A stretch of DNA of 64,000 nt from Eledone cirrhosa (Eukaryota). Both the position numbers and the translations under genes were made by a program. The stretch lies in the NCBI GenBank assembly GCA_964016885.1, contig OZ024755.1:7440001-7504000 (forward strand), given 5' to 3'. The notes beneath the pieces are model-generated. The model made no database searches, was not told the DNA's origin, and saw only the letters and a list, made by a program, of their open reading frames with translations. Shown here piece after piece: positions 52,151-64,000 of this stretch; position 1 is the stretch's first letter, and each line of letters starts with the position of its first letter.

Positions 52151-53362
52151 TAATAATAATATCAATTAATCAACGGAGCCAGATCTTATGTTTAATTGTT
52201 ACTTATATTATCAACTCGGTTTTATGTATTGAGTACATATCTCTACGATCTTGCACATTATTTGTTTCCTCATGTTGCTATTTATATTACAGCTGTATTA
52301 AATTCGGCTCAAATCTCATTAGATATTCCAGAACAGAAATCTTGTGTTGACAAATGTCAGTGTTATTTCCAGGGAAAATATGTGACGATCATATGATCGT
52401 GAGTTCAAATTCTGGACTAGGCATTGTTATTTTGAGCAAAATATTTATTTCACGGTGCTCTTTCTGTGAGGAGTTGCGACCAACGGGTAGTATCATCAAT
52501 GGAAAAAAAAAACAATGGAAACATTGTTTCCTCAGTCCTATCTGACGGTTGACGTCTTTCGTTAAAAAAATATTTTAGTTTAAAATTGAGTATATTCATC
52601 TATATGTAATACAAACGATATAATACAAAATATTTGAGTGTGTAATTTATTAAATGTATGATAAAAAAGTGTAACAGAAATATCGGTAATTTCATGTATT
52701 TTTTATATGTTGCCCCTGATATCCCTCTGGCTTCATTCTTTACTCTCTTGTTGTTTCTCCTTCTAAAGATTGTCATTGAAAAAATTGTCATTGTGTTGCA
52801 TAATGCATTTCGCCAATTGCAGCTTTCCCTGTGACATTGGCATGTGTTGTGAAGTGAAGACTCATATTTTGTGTGATTGTTGTTGTTAATATTGTTACCA
52901 GTATTATTATTGTTGCTGCTGTTGCTGTTAGTAATATCGTTTGTCGACATCGTGGAAAAAACAATCTTCTGCTGTTGAAATTTAATGTAGTCTGATGCGA
53001 TATAATATCTTATTTGGATAGCTGTAATATAAGTGGGCTGTGATCAATTGTGCTTGTATAAAGAATGGTGTGACAATTTAGTGCTACATTACTTCAACTT
53101 TTGTTAGATGTGCTTTAACAATTTCGTATCCAAGCAAAGATCCAAGTACGGACGGCTGGCAAACTCTTCGAGGAACTCATATGTATGCTGGGTGCACAAG
53201 CATTAGGATGTGTGTTTTCCTACCAGCGACATATCAAATATATCGATTTTCATCTCAGGAAACCGTTCTCATAATAAACAGCAAATGCATGAAGGACATC
53301 TCGATTGCATGGAGAAACATAGAAATAATTATGATTAAACGATATATGTAACCTCACCATCT

Positions 53363-53401
<39 letters not shown>

Positions 53402-54944
53402 AAAAACAAAAACCAGAAAAAGAATACATTACTATGGCATTATAATAGTTCAATGCTTAAAAAAAGTAAATAGTCTTAACGTTTCGAACCCTATTCCTTC
53501 ATTGGAAAGGTAAACACAGGACGAAAAAATGATTGTTTGAGGGAAGAATAAGAGGAAGAGAGAGATGTGTGTATGTGTATGAAGGCATATTCGATGTGTT
53601 TATTTATAATAAACATACAATATGGATATTTGAAGCTATCAGCGTATCGATAACTCACAAACGCACATTCTACAGTTAGGAAAAACATAGGTAAATAATG
53701 ACAATTGGAATTTTAATAAATATTTAGTATACATCAAATAATGTTGAAGAAAAATCGCAAATACCTATAAGAAATATACACCATATACACACATCAAATG
53801 TTTGTGTTTATATATACATATATTTGTATCACACATCTTAACCTTAGGCTAATCTATGTGTGGCTTTTCAAATTTATTAGAAATACATCCAGATCTACAA
53901 TATCGTGTTTTTGCCTGAAATTTATATGAACTGTGTAATAAAAATAAACGATTAATTATTTCAAATCTATTCTGATAGATTTTAACTTAACGATTCTTCT
54001 CCTACCTCAACAAAACATGTTTATCTTGCCTTAACAGAACTACAATTCACACCCTTATTGTTTCCATTTCAAAGTTAGAATGTTCTAGATAATTTCACTG
54101 GCATTAAAACTAGGAAATCTTTTGTTAATCCTGTCTGTAAGAATATCAGATAGTCTGGCCTTTTCACTATTTATTTTCCCGTGTGGAATGAATAAACTTG
54201 AAACTGCATACAAACAAAGCCCGCCTTCTTAAAAATAAAAAAAATGCTGCTCCGTGTTAAACACTCGAACGAACTACTTGAAGATGGAATTTTCAGCTAG
54301 CTGTTATTTGTTAATATTTGTTAATCTTTTGATGAGTGTTTTATAGGATAGAGAAAACCGTATGTTTGTATGAAACTAGAGAGAGACAGAGACAGAGAGA
54401 TATGGCGGCGGTGGGAATTAAAACGATCAATAGTGCAATAAAACGATATACTGTTTTCTTTTTAAAGAAACATTATTTGGTGTTTTCCAGCATTTATGTG
54501 TACATGAAAATGTTGACAGGTATCAGAAGATAGAGAGATTTACAGTTGTGTTCTTTGCAATAGAATCAATTTTTGTTCGTATTTTGTAGTTGATGCTATC
54601 AGACTAACATTTTAAGATGAAAGGCATTATGAGAATGTTCTCACAAGATGAAACAATACAATATCTTTTAATTATCACAAAAAGGAAATATTTTCTTCTA
54701 TATTTTCATGAAGAAACAATCTCTTTTGTTTTCAATCATAGAATAATATTAACACTTTCAACCATAATATCAAAATATTCAGCTAGTAATATTAAATATT
54801 CACTTCTTTAACTCCAGTCTTGCTAATTGGTTCAATAAATTTTCCTAGCTTGAAACTATTACTTAAATCTTATTGCATTCTATGATTCCGACAAGATGGT
54901 TCATAGTATCTTATACTGTCCTTAACCACATAGCCATATCTACG

Positions 54945-54946
<2 letters not shown>

Positions 54947-55010
<64 letters not shown>

Positions 55011-55120
55011 TATGGATTGTTTGAGAAGACATGATGCCAATATGAAGGTGTGTGAGTGTTTAGGTTGGCAAATTTTATAGACAAATTCAAATAATTTGTT
55101 CGATTTTAATACGTGTGTGA

Positions 55121-55154
<34 letters not shown>
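54947..55154. repeat. (TA)n (54947-55006) and (GT)n (55122-55154) microsatellites
   Basis: direct reading. Confidence 0.9.
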
Positions 55155-55157
<3 letters not shown>

Positions 55158-56389
55158 AATCATACCCCTAAATGTCCAATAAACGTATATTTACTCAAGC
55201 TATATAAATATATCCTAAGGACAAATCATTGATGCTGGTCTAGCTAATGGTGAGGACTGACCGACTAGTTTCCTCGTCATAAAACACATCAGAGATTACG
55301 TACTGCAAATCATGCTAGCTAATGTTACGAAGATTCGAAACTGTATTAGTATTGTCACATGATTCACCTGTGAGCAGTGAATTCCCTAAGCATGGTCTAT
55401 TAATGTCTGAGATAGTTTAGCTGACAGTAATTAAATAGCCGTAAATATGCTGCCATCGATATTGTAAGGACGTCGGTGTTATTAATATGGCTGTAAGCAG
55501 TTCGATATTGTAATAACAGTGTTATTGTCAATGTTATTAATATAGGATGTATCAAAAGTGTTTATGACGGCCATTGACTGTGCTTGATATCAGGGAAATT
55601 AATATGAAGTCATTTATCATCAGTAGATTAATGTCTTGTGTGTTTTATGGCATAACAGTCTCGCTTATATGACAATTGGTTTCAGTTTGTAATGTGTAAC
55701 TCATAACGGAATGGATCTCCGTCGGTTTTAACGATGTTTTCTTGGAATTAACCTCTAAGTGACTGAACATTTTATAGACACGACTGCCCTTAACGTAATT
55801 CTCAGGAAGATTCAACGTGCTACAGTGGGTGACAAAGCCAGCACTTTGAATTACAAGTACTGTCTAATCGATTGATTTCCTAATGGTTTCCATCAATCTA
55901 ATTTCGCTAACAAGGTATGTATCGACCTGAGGCTATGGCACATACGTGAGATAGAACCCAGGGACTAATGTTTTCAGAGTGAACAACCTAAACATTTGGC
56001 CATGCTGCGTCCAATGAAATCTTAATATATGATACAATTATGACTGTAGATCGATCAATTTTCTTCTGGCCAAATTATAGGAAGTTAAACCGTTGGTGTC
56101 CAGTTCAATGTATCGTGTAAATATTGGATGAGAAATGTATCTGGATATCGATCCAATGGAGCAAAATCCAATGTGAGGGTCGATATTTCAATATTTAAAG
56201 CCACATCAACACATTGGCTTTTAACGAGGAAGGAAAGATCAGATGTTTATACAACTACCAATTACATTTTGTTAACATAATATAGTGGAACCTTATTTAG
56301 GGTGAAACTAAGCATTACAATAACGGTCTCTAATATCATTTCTAGCAACAACAACAGCAAAACTAAAAACAATAATAATTTCATATATC

Positions 56390-56472
56390 GGCACAAGGCC
56401 AGACGTTTTGAAAGACAGCTTAGTCGATTAAATCGACCTCAGTATTTCACTGGTACTAAATTTTATCGACTC
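56390..56472 (-). mobile_element. Family A SINE 3' fragment
   Basis: ggcacaaggccag...gtcgattaaatcgacc..cagt..actggtact..tttatcgac. Confidence 0.6.
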
Positions 56473-57802
56473 CCTAAAAAGCCGCAACAAATATTGCAAG
56501 TCAATTTGACCAACGTTCAAACCATTTTCTAAATTCACCAATATTTTCCCTATAAATATTTTGAGACAATATAAGAGATTGTGTGTGTTAGAAAGGACGT
56601 ATGTGTATTTTTATTATAAACATTTAATTAGAAAACCGAGTCTTTGGTTTGCTTGTAAAATCTTCTCCGAACTTTCCTTTCGTTTGCAATAACCTGTAAT
56701 GGAAGCAGCTTATTCATTCATTTACCAGAATATGGAGAACATATGTAAACAATAGATACTATCACAGGCCACTCGAATGAATACATTTGAGCGTAGTCTC
56801 TAAATGTAGTTATATTTTTATACGTCATTGTGTATGTCACATACGTTATTCGAAGACATTTACTTGGTCGTCTCTGCCGAAAGCTTTAACGAATTTTCGC
56901 AATAATTTTTCAACTATTTTGTTCTTTTCTCTCGATATATCGTTCTTCAGTATCTGTCGAATAGGGCAGCACTGAATGAAATTATTATGGAGATAAAAGT
57001 CTTTAAAAAAAATCATTTAACACTGCACTCTGGTGAAAATAGATATTTCGTAAACGAAAAGTCGAAACGAAATATCATATAGTTACTGGGTATTTATTCC
57101 AGCCATCTGTCCAGATATGGTGAACCAGCACTATCGTTACAAAATAAGTCGAAGGGGTTGTTGTATGATATTCATCCCGTCTTTTTGAGTTGTAAGCTCA
57201 AATCCTACCTCTATCACAGGAGAAGCGATAAAATATACTCCTATCTTAGCAGACTGGCTTCTCGTGGGAAGTAATTGGCTTAAAATACCGACAGATAGGA
57301 TAGTTCTTCCGTAGCATGCTGACCTCTAGTGGGAAGTAAATGTCCTTAAAAAGTAATCATGAAAATTCTCCGATACCAATTGAAATACTTTTGTGAGGTT
57401 TCGTACTCTTATGTAAGTGGAAATAACGATTGGATACCAGGAAAAACTTTTCCCTGAATTCATATATTTTTACATTAATTATAATGAATCGTTTTCTTGA
57501 ACTAACAAGTTAATTTTCAAAATGTAATTTTGTTAAATTAATGTGTTTAGTTTGTCTTTGTTATGCCATGTTTGTTTCTATTTATTATTAACCCTGCACT
57601 TCAGATATTTTCAACAAGAAGATAAATCAGCAAGATAAACATTCAATTTCATTTTACAATTTATTTCAGATTTAAAGTTAAAAGCCTGTGTTTAATAAAT
57701 GATATTCGGTGATAATTTTATCTGGGTTGTAATATTGCTGTTGACAGTCAGATGTGGTGCCATGATGTTTCTGTGCTAAAATAACAATATTTATTGTTTC
57801 AG

Positions 57803-57926
57803 GGGTGAGAAAAACCGTTGGTTAAGGGATAACTGCTATATCATTCGTGACCAGTTTCGTTCAGGGGTCTGTGCCTGCCATATGCAAGGAGTTTATGCTA
57901 TTACAACAGACATGTACAACGATAAT
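57803..57926 (+). CDS. Adhesion GPCR exon: GPS motif (GEKNRWLRDNCYIIRDQFRSGVCACHMQGVYAITTDMYNDN)
   Basis: tttcag/gtgagt splice sites; W-x4-C-x11-CxC-x5-YA pattern typical of GPS; phase 2 to 0, splices in frame to 60893. Confidence 0.85.
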
Positions 57927-58094
57927 GTGAGTACATTTTATTTCATTTAAAAAAAATTCTTTAACTAGTTAGTCATTGGACTGGGGCCATGCTGTGGCAC
58001 CGCCTTGAACAGATTAGTCGATCGCATCGACTCCAGTAGTTTTTTTTTTTGTAAAGTCTAGTATTTATTTTATTGATAACTTTTTGTCAAGCCG

Positions 58095-58214
<120 letters not shown>

Positions 58215-58218
58215 TGTG

Positions 58219-58360
58219 AAGGCGCATGGCTTAGTGGTTAGAGCATTGGGCTTTCATTCGAAAGGTTGTGAGTTCAATTCTCGGACCGGGTGATGTGTTG
58301 TTTCCTTGAGCAAGACACTTTATTTCACGTTGCTCCAGTTTACTCAGCTGTAGAAATGAG
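58219..58360 (+). mobile_element. tRNA-derived SINE (family B, CORE-like)
   Basis: A-box TGGCTTAGTGG, B-box GAGTTCAATTC, then ccttgagcaagacacttta; degenerate relatives at ~52395-52460 (+), ~59060-59140 (-) and ~63090-63200 (-). Confidence 0.75.
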
Positions 58361-58459
58361 ATGATAGGACTGGGGTCCCTTTCATTAAATCACCCAAGAA
58401 ACCTCCAACTATATATACCTTGGAGGAGGCCAGCTAAACCTGCATAGGTGTGAGCTGTA

Positions 58460-58498
<39 letters not shown>

Positions 58499-58779
58499 AT
58501 AGACATGGTTATAGCGTGCTTGGCCGGAATTTGAGAGATTCGGAGTTTAATTCTCTGTAGTGACAGCAGTCAATTTATTTTTTGTCCTTAAGGGTATTTT
58601 ACCCGGTTTTCTAAAGCTATTTTTATTTATAGCGAGTGACTGTTGTAACAGTTTTTATTCTACATCTCGGTTGCAACATTTTAAATTGTACATATCATAA
58701 TTCAAGCCGAATCAACATGGCACATGCAACACGACTGGACTTTTGAGTTTCAAGTACAGTCCATTTTGCGTTACAATTA

Positions 58780-58920
58780 TTTCTATGTTAGGCACACGGC
58801 CAGCAATTTGAAGGAGAAGGGAAAGGCGATTAAATCGACCCCAGTGCATTACTGGTGCTTTATTTATCGACCCCTTAAGGATGAAAGACAAAGTCAAGCT
58901 CGGCGGGATTTGAACTTCAG
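58780..58920 (-). mobile_element. tRNA-derived SINE (family A)
   Basis: core tttatcgaccccttaaggatgaaag..ctcggcgggatttgaact. Confidence 0.75.
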
Positions 58921-60042
58921 TTATGCAAATAGTGTAGTATTCTACATGCACACATACCCTTATCGTAATTCCCAATAGAATCAGCATGACACAGTGTGTG
59001 ATTTCCAACGGGATTTTATACAGTTCTATCTAACCAGTTTTACTAAGGCTATGGTAAATGACACTTGTTTGAGATATCCCGCTGCGGGATCGAAACCGGA
59101 ACCTTATGATTACGAAGCGAATCTCTTAATCTCTCAGCCATAAATGTTCCCACAATAGTAGCTATAGTAGCTGATGAGAGAAGAAACATTGTGTTACATT
59201 AACTGAAAGAAAAGAATAGTAATTATGAAGTGAGTGAAGTTGAAATAATAATAAACAGGAGAATAAATATATTCAGAAATGTGATTATCGTGTCTCATTG
59301 ATTAATTACGGTTGTATTAATATAATTGATTGAATGAGTGAGAATAATTGTTTAGTTTGTCCTGTCACCTCAAGAGAATTGTTATGGTTGTTATTTTTGG
59401 CTTGACTTCAATAACAAGCAACGAACAAGTGGGGCCCTTGTCCTTTCTAGCTATAAAATTAATCAAAATATGAATGTAAAAGACTGATGGATCAAGTCAA
59501 ACTTTCCCTGGCTCAGTTAATAAATATGTAATAGGACTAATAGCATGTTGACTGTCATAACACAGATAATATTGGGTTTATACTGGGCGCCTATCTTACC
59601 TGATTAATCCTATCCCTTGCTGCTATATGATCAATACCCTTATATAAAAGTGCCTTTGTATGTCAACTTGAATTAAATAACAAAACGAATGTTCATTTGT
59701 ATATTTGCAATAAATGTGTGACGAATACGTGGTTGTTGTTGTTGTTGTTGCTGTTGGTGTGTGTGTATGTGGTAACATGAGTTAGATTGTATTAGGTGTC
59801 TGGTGACTGAAAACACTTCAGTTTTACTTAGTTGTCCCTCGTGTCTTTGATATAATTAATCGTTGCTTAGCAATATTCACCTCTCATAAATATAGGTTAA
59901 CACATTTAATTCTAGAGTATATAGTTAACCCTTTGTTGAGTAGCCAAGAGCATTAAAGCAATGAATTAATGGTTTTTCAACGGAATCTATTCTCTTTTCT
60001 CATTTTTATTCTATAAAAAAAGGAACTTATTATCAAATAAGA

Positions 60043-60341
60043 TTAACTCTTTAGCATTTACATTACTCTATATATACTATTGAATTTTCGCAGTAAAGGC
60101 TTTATCTCACATATTTCATATAATATCGAATCTATGAGATTTTGATTATTTATTTTGAGAACAATACCTTAACATCATTATTACGAGGTCGATAAAATAA
60201 AGTACCAGTAATGAACTGGGTAATTGCTGGCCTTGTGCCTAAAGTAAAAACAATTATTAGTGGCCAGTTACAGCCAGTTTGAACAGAAAGAGGTGAGAGA
60301 ATTCTGGCCAGATACAGCCAGTTTAAATGCTAAAGGGTTAA
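60043..60341. mobile_element. piggyBac-like MITE (TTAA-flanked TIRs) with a nested + strand SINE fragment (60187-60255)
   Basis: TTAActctttagcattta ... taaatgctaaagggTTAA (17/18 inverted match); TTAA target site and CCCTT-type end. Confidence 0.7.
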
Positions 60342-60540
60342 GGATACAATATTTCTGTTGTTGATACTATTTATCCATCGCAAGTAAATACAAAGTACAC
60401 CCCTTCCTGCTGAATTAGCCTCGCCTGTCTCCTCACACGAATCTCAAAGACTGGGCGCTTCCATTTCTAAACAAAAACAATTTTTATACCATGCTTTATA
60501 GCTAAAACCTTTCATTCAGAGTAGCTTTACTTAAATAATT

Positions 60541-60712
60541 TTCTACTTTTTGGCACAAGGCCAGCAATTACTCAGTGCATTACTGGTACTTTATTTTATC
60601 GACCCCGTAAGGATGAAAGGTAAAGTTAACCTCGGCAGGATTTGAACTCAGAATGGCAAGGGCCGTAACTCTATGCGTCAAAGCATGGCGTCCGACCCTC
60701 TACCGATACTTC
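60541..60712 (-). mobile_element. tRNA-derived SINE (family A)
   Basis: near-identical to the 51972-52150 copy. Confidence 0.8.
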
Positions 60713-60892
60713 CATGTGTCATTGTAGTTTATTTCAGGCCGTAAAAGTCTGACTTCAAGCGTTACCGTTCAACAAAGACAAGCAGTTGTTGGTTTTGACT
60801 TCACATTCGGTCAAATATATTTGTTTCATATTCATGTACATTTATTCTTTGATGATAAAGGCACAACTAATTCTATCATTTTATATTTTCAG

Positions 60893-61002
60893 TGGGACAA
60901 AGGAGAAAAACGGCCTAACTTGATGAATATCGCATCTTACATAGGTTGTTCTGTATCAGCTGCACTTTGCCTTATCTCATTCGGAATGCTTACCTATCTC
61001 AG
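60893..61002 (+). CDS. Adhesion GPCR exon: stalk + TM1 (WDKGEKRPNLMNIASYIGCSVSAALCLISFGMLTYLR)
   Basis: ttttcag/gtaaat; SYIGCxxS is the classic secretin/adhesion TM1 motif; phase 0 to 2. Confidence 0.9.
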
Positions 61003-61179
61003 GTAAATAACAAGATTCAATTAAGATATATAAATTCCAAATATTAACATCATCTTTACAGATAAAAGATTCTTTTTTTTTCAAATATTACATCTACACT
61101 ACGTTTCGATCTCTAAGTTATCCAATTGATAACAATAAAAAAGGAGTTTGAAATCAAGTTTCCTAAATGAAATACAGTT

Positions 61180-61570
61180 AGGTACAGAAATAAGCCAGCT
61201 GGTGAAGTATGGAGAGGAAAGTCGATTAAATCGATCCTAGTGCGTGACTGATACTTTATTTTATCGACCACGTAAGAATGAAAGGCAAAGCTAACTTAGG
61301 CGGGATTTGAAATAAAGTCACGTAACTCTATACCACGAATCATGGGGTCAGACGCTTTTCAGCTACTGCCAGTCAACCAGCCTATAGTAGGTATTAATAA
61401 TTATTTGTAGCATAGTCACCAGGAGAGGGTGGGCTATAGTTAGATAGAGTAACTTGTGGTATTTCTCCAGCTTTGTGTGCTCTAAGTTCAAATCTCACCG
61501 AAGTCAGCATTGCTTTTCATCTTTCAAGGCTTGCTCAGTAAATAAAGTACCAGTTATATACTGGAATAGA
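61180..61570. mobile_element. Two diverged family A SINE remnants in opposite orientation (61180-61380 minus; ~61475-61570 plus)
   Basis: ttattttatcgacc..gaaaggcaaag..ggatttgaa versus aagttcaaatc..ttttcatc..aaataaagtaccag. Confidence 0.6.
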
Positions 61571-62424
61571 TTCATATTTTCTATTGCCCCCCCGCTCTCT
61601 CTCCCACCGACAGCCAGGAAAGATATTAGAAAACAAAGAGGAAGAAAAATGTGGAGGGTACAAAAATTATGTCCTAGAAAGGACTGTACATATCAGCTTC
61701 GCTTCACGGACATGATGGTAAATATATTGCCACGGAGAATAGACAGCGTTATCCACTACATCAGCCCCATTCCCCTCACGAAGTCCCTGATGTCTGTGGA
61801 TATCCGTCTGAGATCTCAATAACCACCGGCACAAAAAGGAAACAGTCGGTCAATGACTGGTATTTAGTCATCTTCCATATTTCTGTGATAGTTAAGGGAC
61901 CCAGGACACCAGACGTCCCAATGGCGACCAACACAAAAAAGAAAACTGTCAGGAATAATATACATTGTTAATATTTACAGAAATATATTCCTGTTTATAC
62001 TTAAGTGGAAAGTTGTCTTTCTTAGATGAAGCAAATTATCCAAGTTGTAGCCCCTGCATACCTACACGAATGTTGATGAGTGAGAGATGCTGTTAAAGCT
62101 GGGATATTGTGTGAATATAGTAATAAACTCGTTTACACACACCACACACACACATGCACACACACACAGCTCTATTGTATGTATTCAGACCAGGATTAAC
62201 ACCACCACCACCACCACCACCACCACCACCACCATTTGACTTCTCGGTATCTTTAGTAGGGATCATGTGGTGATATGAAATGTTAAAAAAAACATTTATT
62301 AACTGACCCAATCTAAGTTTGACTTGATCCCTCAGTCATTTATATACCGATATGCGATATGAGATGTTAAAAACATTTATTAAATGAGCCACTGAAATTT
62401 TCATTTCGTTTCTCTCTTCCTCAG

Positions 62425-62524
62425 GACATCGTCCAGCACTGCCGCACTTCACAAAAATCTCTCCTTATGTATTGTTTTTAGTCAAGTTGTCTTCATGGTA
62501 GGAATTGATAAATATGACTACAAG
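62425..62524 (+). CDS. Adhesion GPCR exon: ICL1 + TM2 (TSSSTAALHKNLSLCIVFSQVVFMVGIDKYDYK)
   Basis: polypyrimidine tract+cag / gtaagt; HxNL TM2 motif; phase 2 to 0. Confidence 0.9.
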
Positions 62525-62662
62525 GTAAGTTGATTATATATATATATTGACGAGGTTCTAGTATCAACTATAATCTCGCTTGCACAAGTTGAAGTATGGA
62601 ATGAACACTTTTTTAGGAAAGCACCTGTCACAGAGTGCTAACCAAGTGTATGTTTTGCAATG

Positions 62663-62709
<47 letters not shown>

Positions 62710-62761
62710 TAGATAGATAGATACTATATGTGAATTTAATATAATGTTATATATATTTCAG

Positions 62762-62930
62762 ATTGTGTGTCAAGTCTTCGCCATCCTTCTACATTATTTT
62801 TTCTTGGCAACATATTCTTGGATCATGAACGAAGCATTTAATCTCTACATAGTAATTACATATTCTGCACATTCGCATCGAGATTCAAACGAGTCTGGTT
62901 CATTGATGCGGTATTATATCATTGGATGGA
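62762..62930 (+). CDS. Adhesion GPCR exon: TM3-ICL2-start of TM4 (IVCQVFAILLHYFFLATYSWIMNEAFNLY...RYYIIGW)
   Basis: tttcag/gtaagt; C..LLHYFFLA..W..EA..LY and YYIIGW motifs of latrophilin-like 7TM; the gene continues beyond the window. Confidence 0.92.
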
Positions 62931-63634
62931 GTAAGTATTTAACCTTTTTGATACTAAAATACCTGAAACTGCTCCTTGTTCCAGAAAACTGTAATTTTGT
63001 GATTTTATATCTAAAGGAACGATCGACTTTCGCAAATCGGATCGAGGAAACAATGTTTCCAATTGCTAATACTATCTATCGGTCGCAACGTAAAATAAAA
63101 TGTCTTGTTCAAGGACATAAGGCATCGCCCGGTCTGGGAATCAAATTCACCACCTCACAATTGCGAATCAAATTCTCTAACCATTCCGCCACCCGCCTTC
63201 ATAAATCGATATAAACAGAATCTTAATAACGAGAAAATCCCCAATTCGACTCCTAGATTGTTTTCAAAATAATTTCAAAATAATTTCAAAATCATTGACA
63301 GTATATCTCAGTAAAAATATGGTAACGAAAGGGGGGCAAGAATGGCAACAGGCCCTAAAATGTTGCCTCAAATAGGAATTCCTAATAAGTATGAAGCCTG
63401 AACCGGGACCCACAAGGTTCACTCCTGTTTTAGGTGGAAAATTGTTTCAAAATGGCTTTTTTTCTTTGTCTTTTCTTTTGTGTGCCTGACTCTATGTTAC
63501 CCCAATGTAAAGAATGAACAAATTAACCAAATATACGTTATATTTGACTGAACAAGGGAAGTAAGTTTGATGGAGTTATGTCCCATGTATCCTAATACTT
63601 TTATAATGAATCATTTTTGGTTTTATTGATGCGT

Positions 63635-63778
63635 CAAATTGGGATATCCTGCCGAGGTTAGCTTTAGCCTTTCGTTCGTACATGATCAATAAAACAAAGT
63701 AGCAGTTATACACTGGAGTCGATCTAATCGACTTTCCCCTCCCTCAAAATTGTTGGCCTTGTGCCTAAATCAGAAACT
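63635..63778 (+). mobile_element. Diverged family A SINE
   Basis: ccgaggttagctttagcctttc..aataaaacaaagtagcag..ggccttgtgcctaa. Confidence 0.6.
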
Positions 63779-63811
63779 TTTATTTAACTAACTTACCATG
63801 TGTCGTGGTGT

Positions 63812-63961
<150 letters not shown>

Positions 63962-64000
63962 GATGATGATGGCTGCCCCCTCGTTATCGAGTATGGCCAT

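Noticed and set aside
52600-52950. 116-aa Asn-rich ORF
   Set aside because: Derived from degenerate (TTG/TTA)n low-complexity sequence; no domain
62931-63214. C-terminal part of the 156-aa ORF 62744..63214
   Set aside because: Read-through past the gtaagt donor at 62931 into intron and SINE sequence

Overview
AT-rich eukaryotic (metazoan) genomic DNA. The dense (TA)/(CA)/(TCTA)/(CATA) microsatellites and the tRNA-SINE families resemble octopus/cephalopod DNA (inference). About 43 kb (3.6-47.9 kb) is a 121-bp satellite of roughly 360 monomers. It is split into two arrays, each preceded by the same ~810-bp head sequence. Every monomer carries a ~31-bp quasi-palindromic stem that pairs better on the + strand (G.U wobbles). 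The first hairpin of each array shows compensatory changes, and the whole array ends in a fold-back. Nested higher-order duplications of 240, 488, 2178, 3048, 4734 and 11776 bp are visible. Two defective, oppositely oriented copies of one Penelope-like retroelement (RT + GIY-YIG) flank the array, and several hammerhead-ribozyme-like motifs lie next to (TA)n tracts. The last 15 kb holds four phase-compatible + strand exons (plus a candidate microexon) of an adhesion-type GPCR (GPS + TM1-TM4 start) whose GPS lacks the autoproteolysis residues, so the satellite may be intronic. The hundreds of 75-aa ORFs in the track are satellite artefacts.
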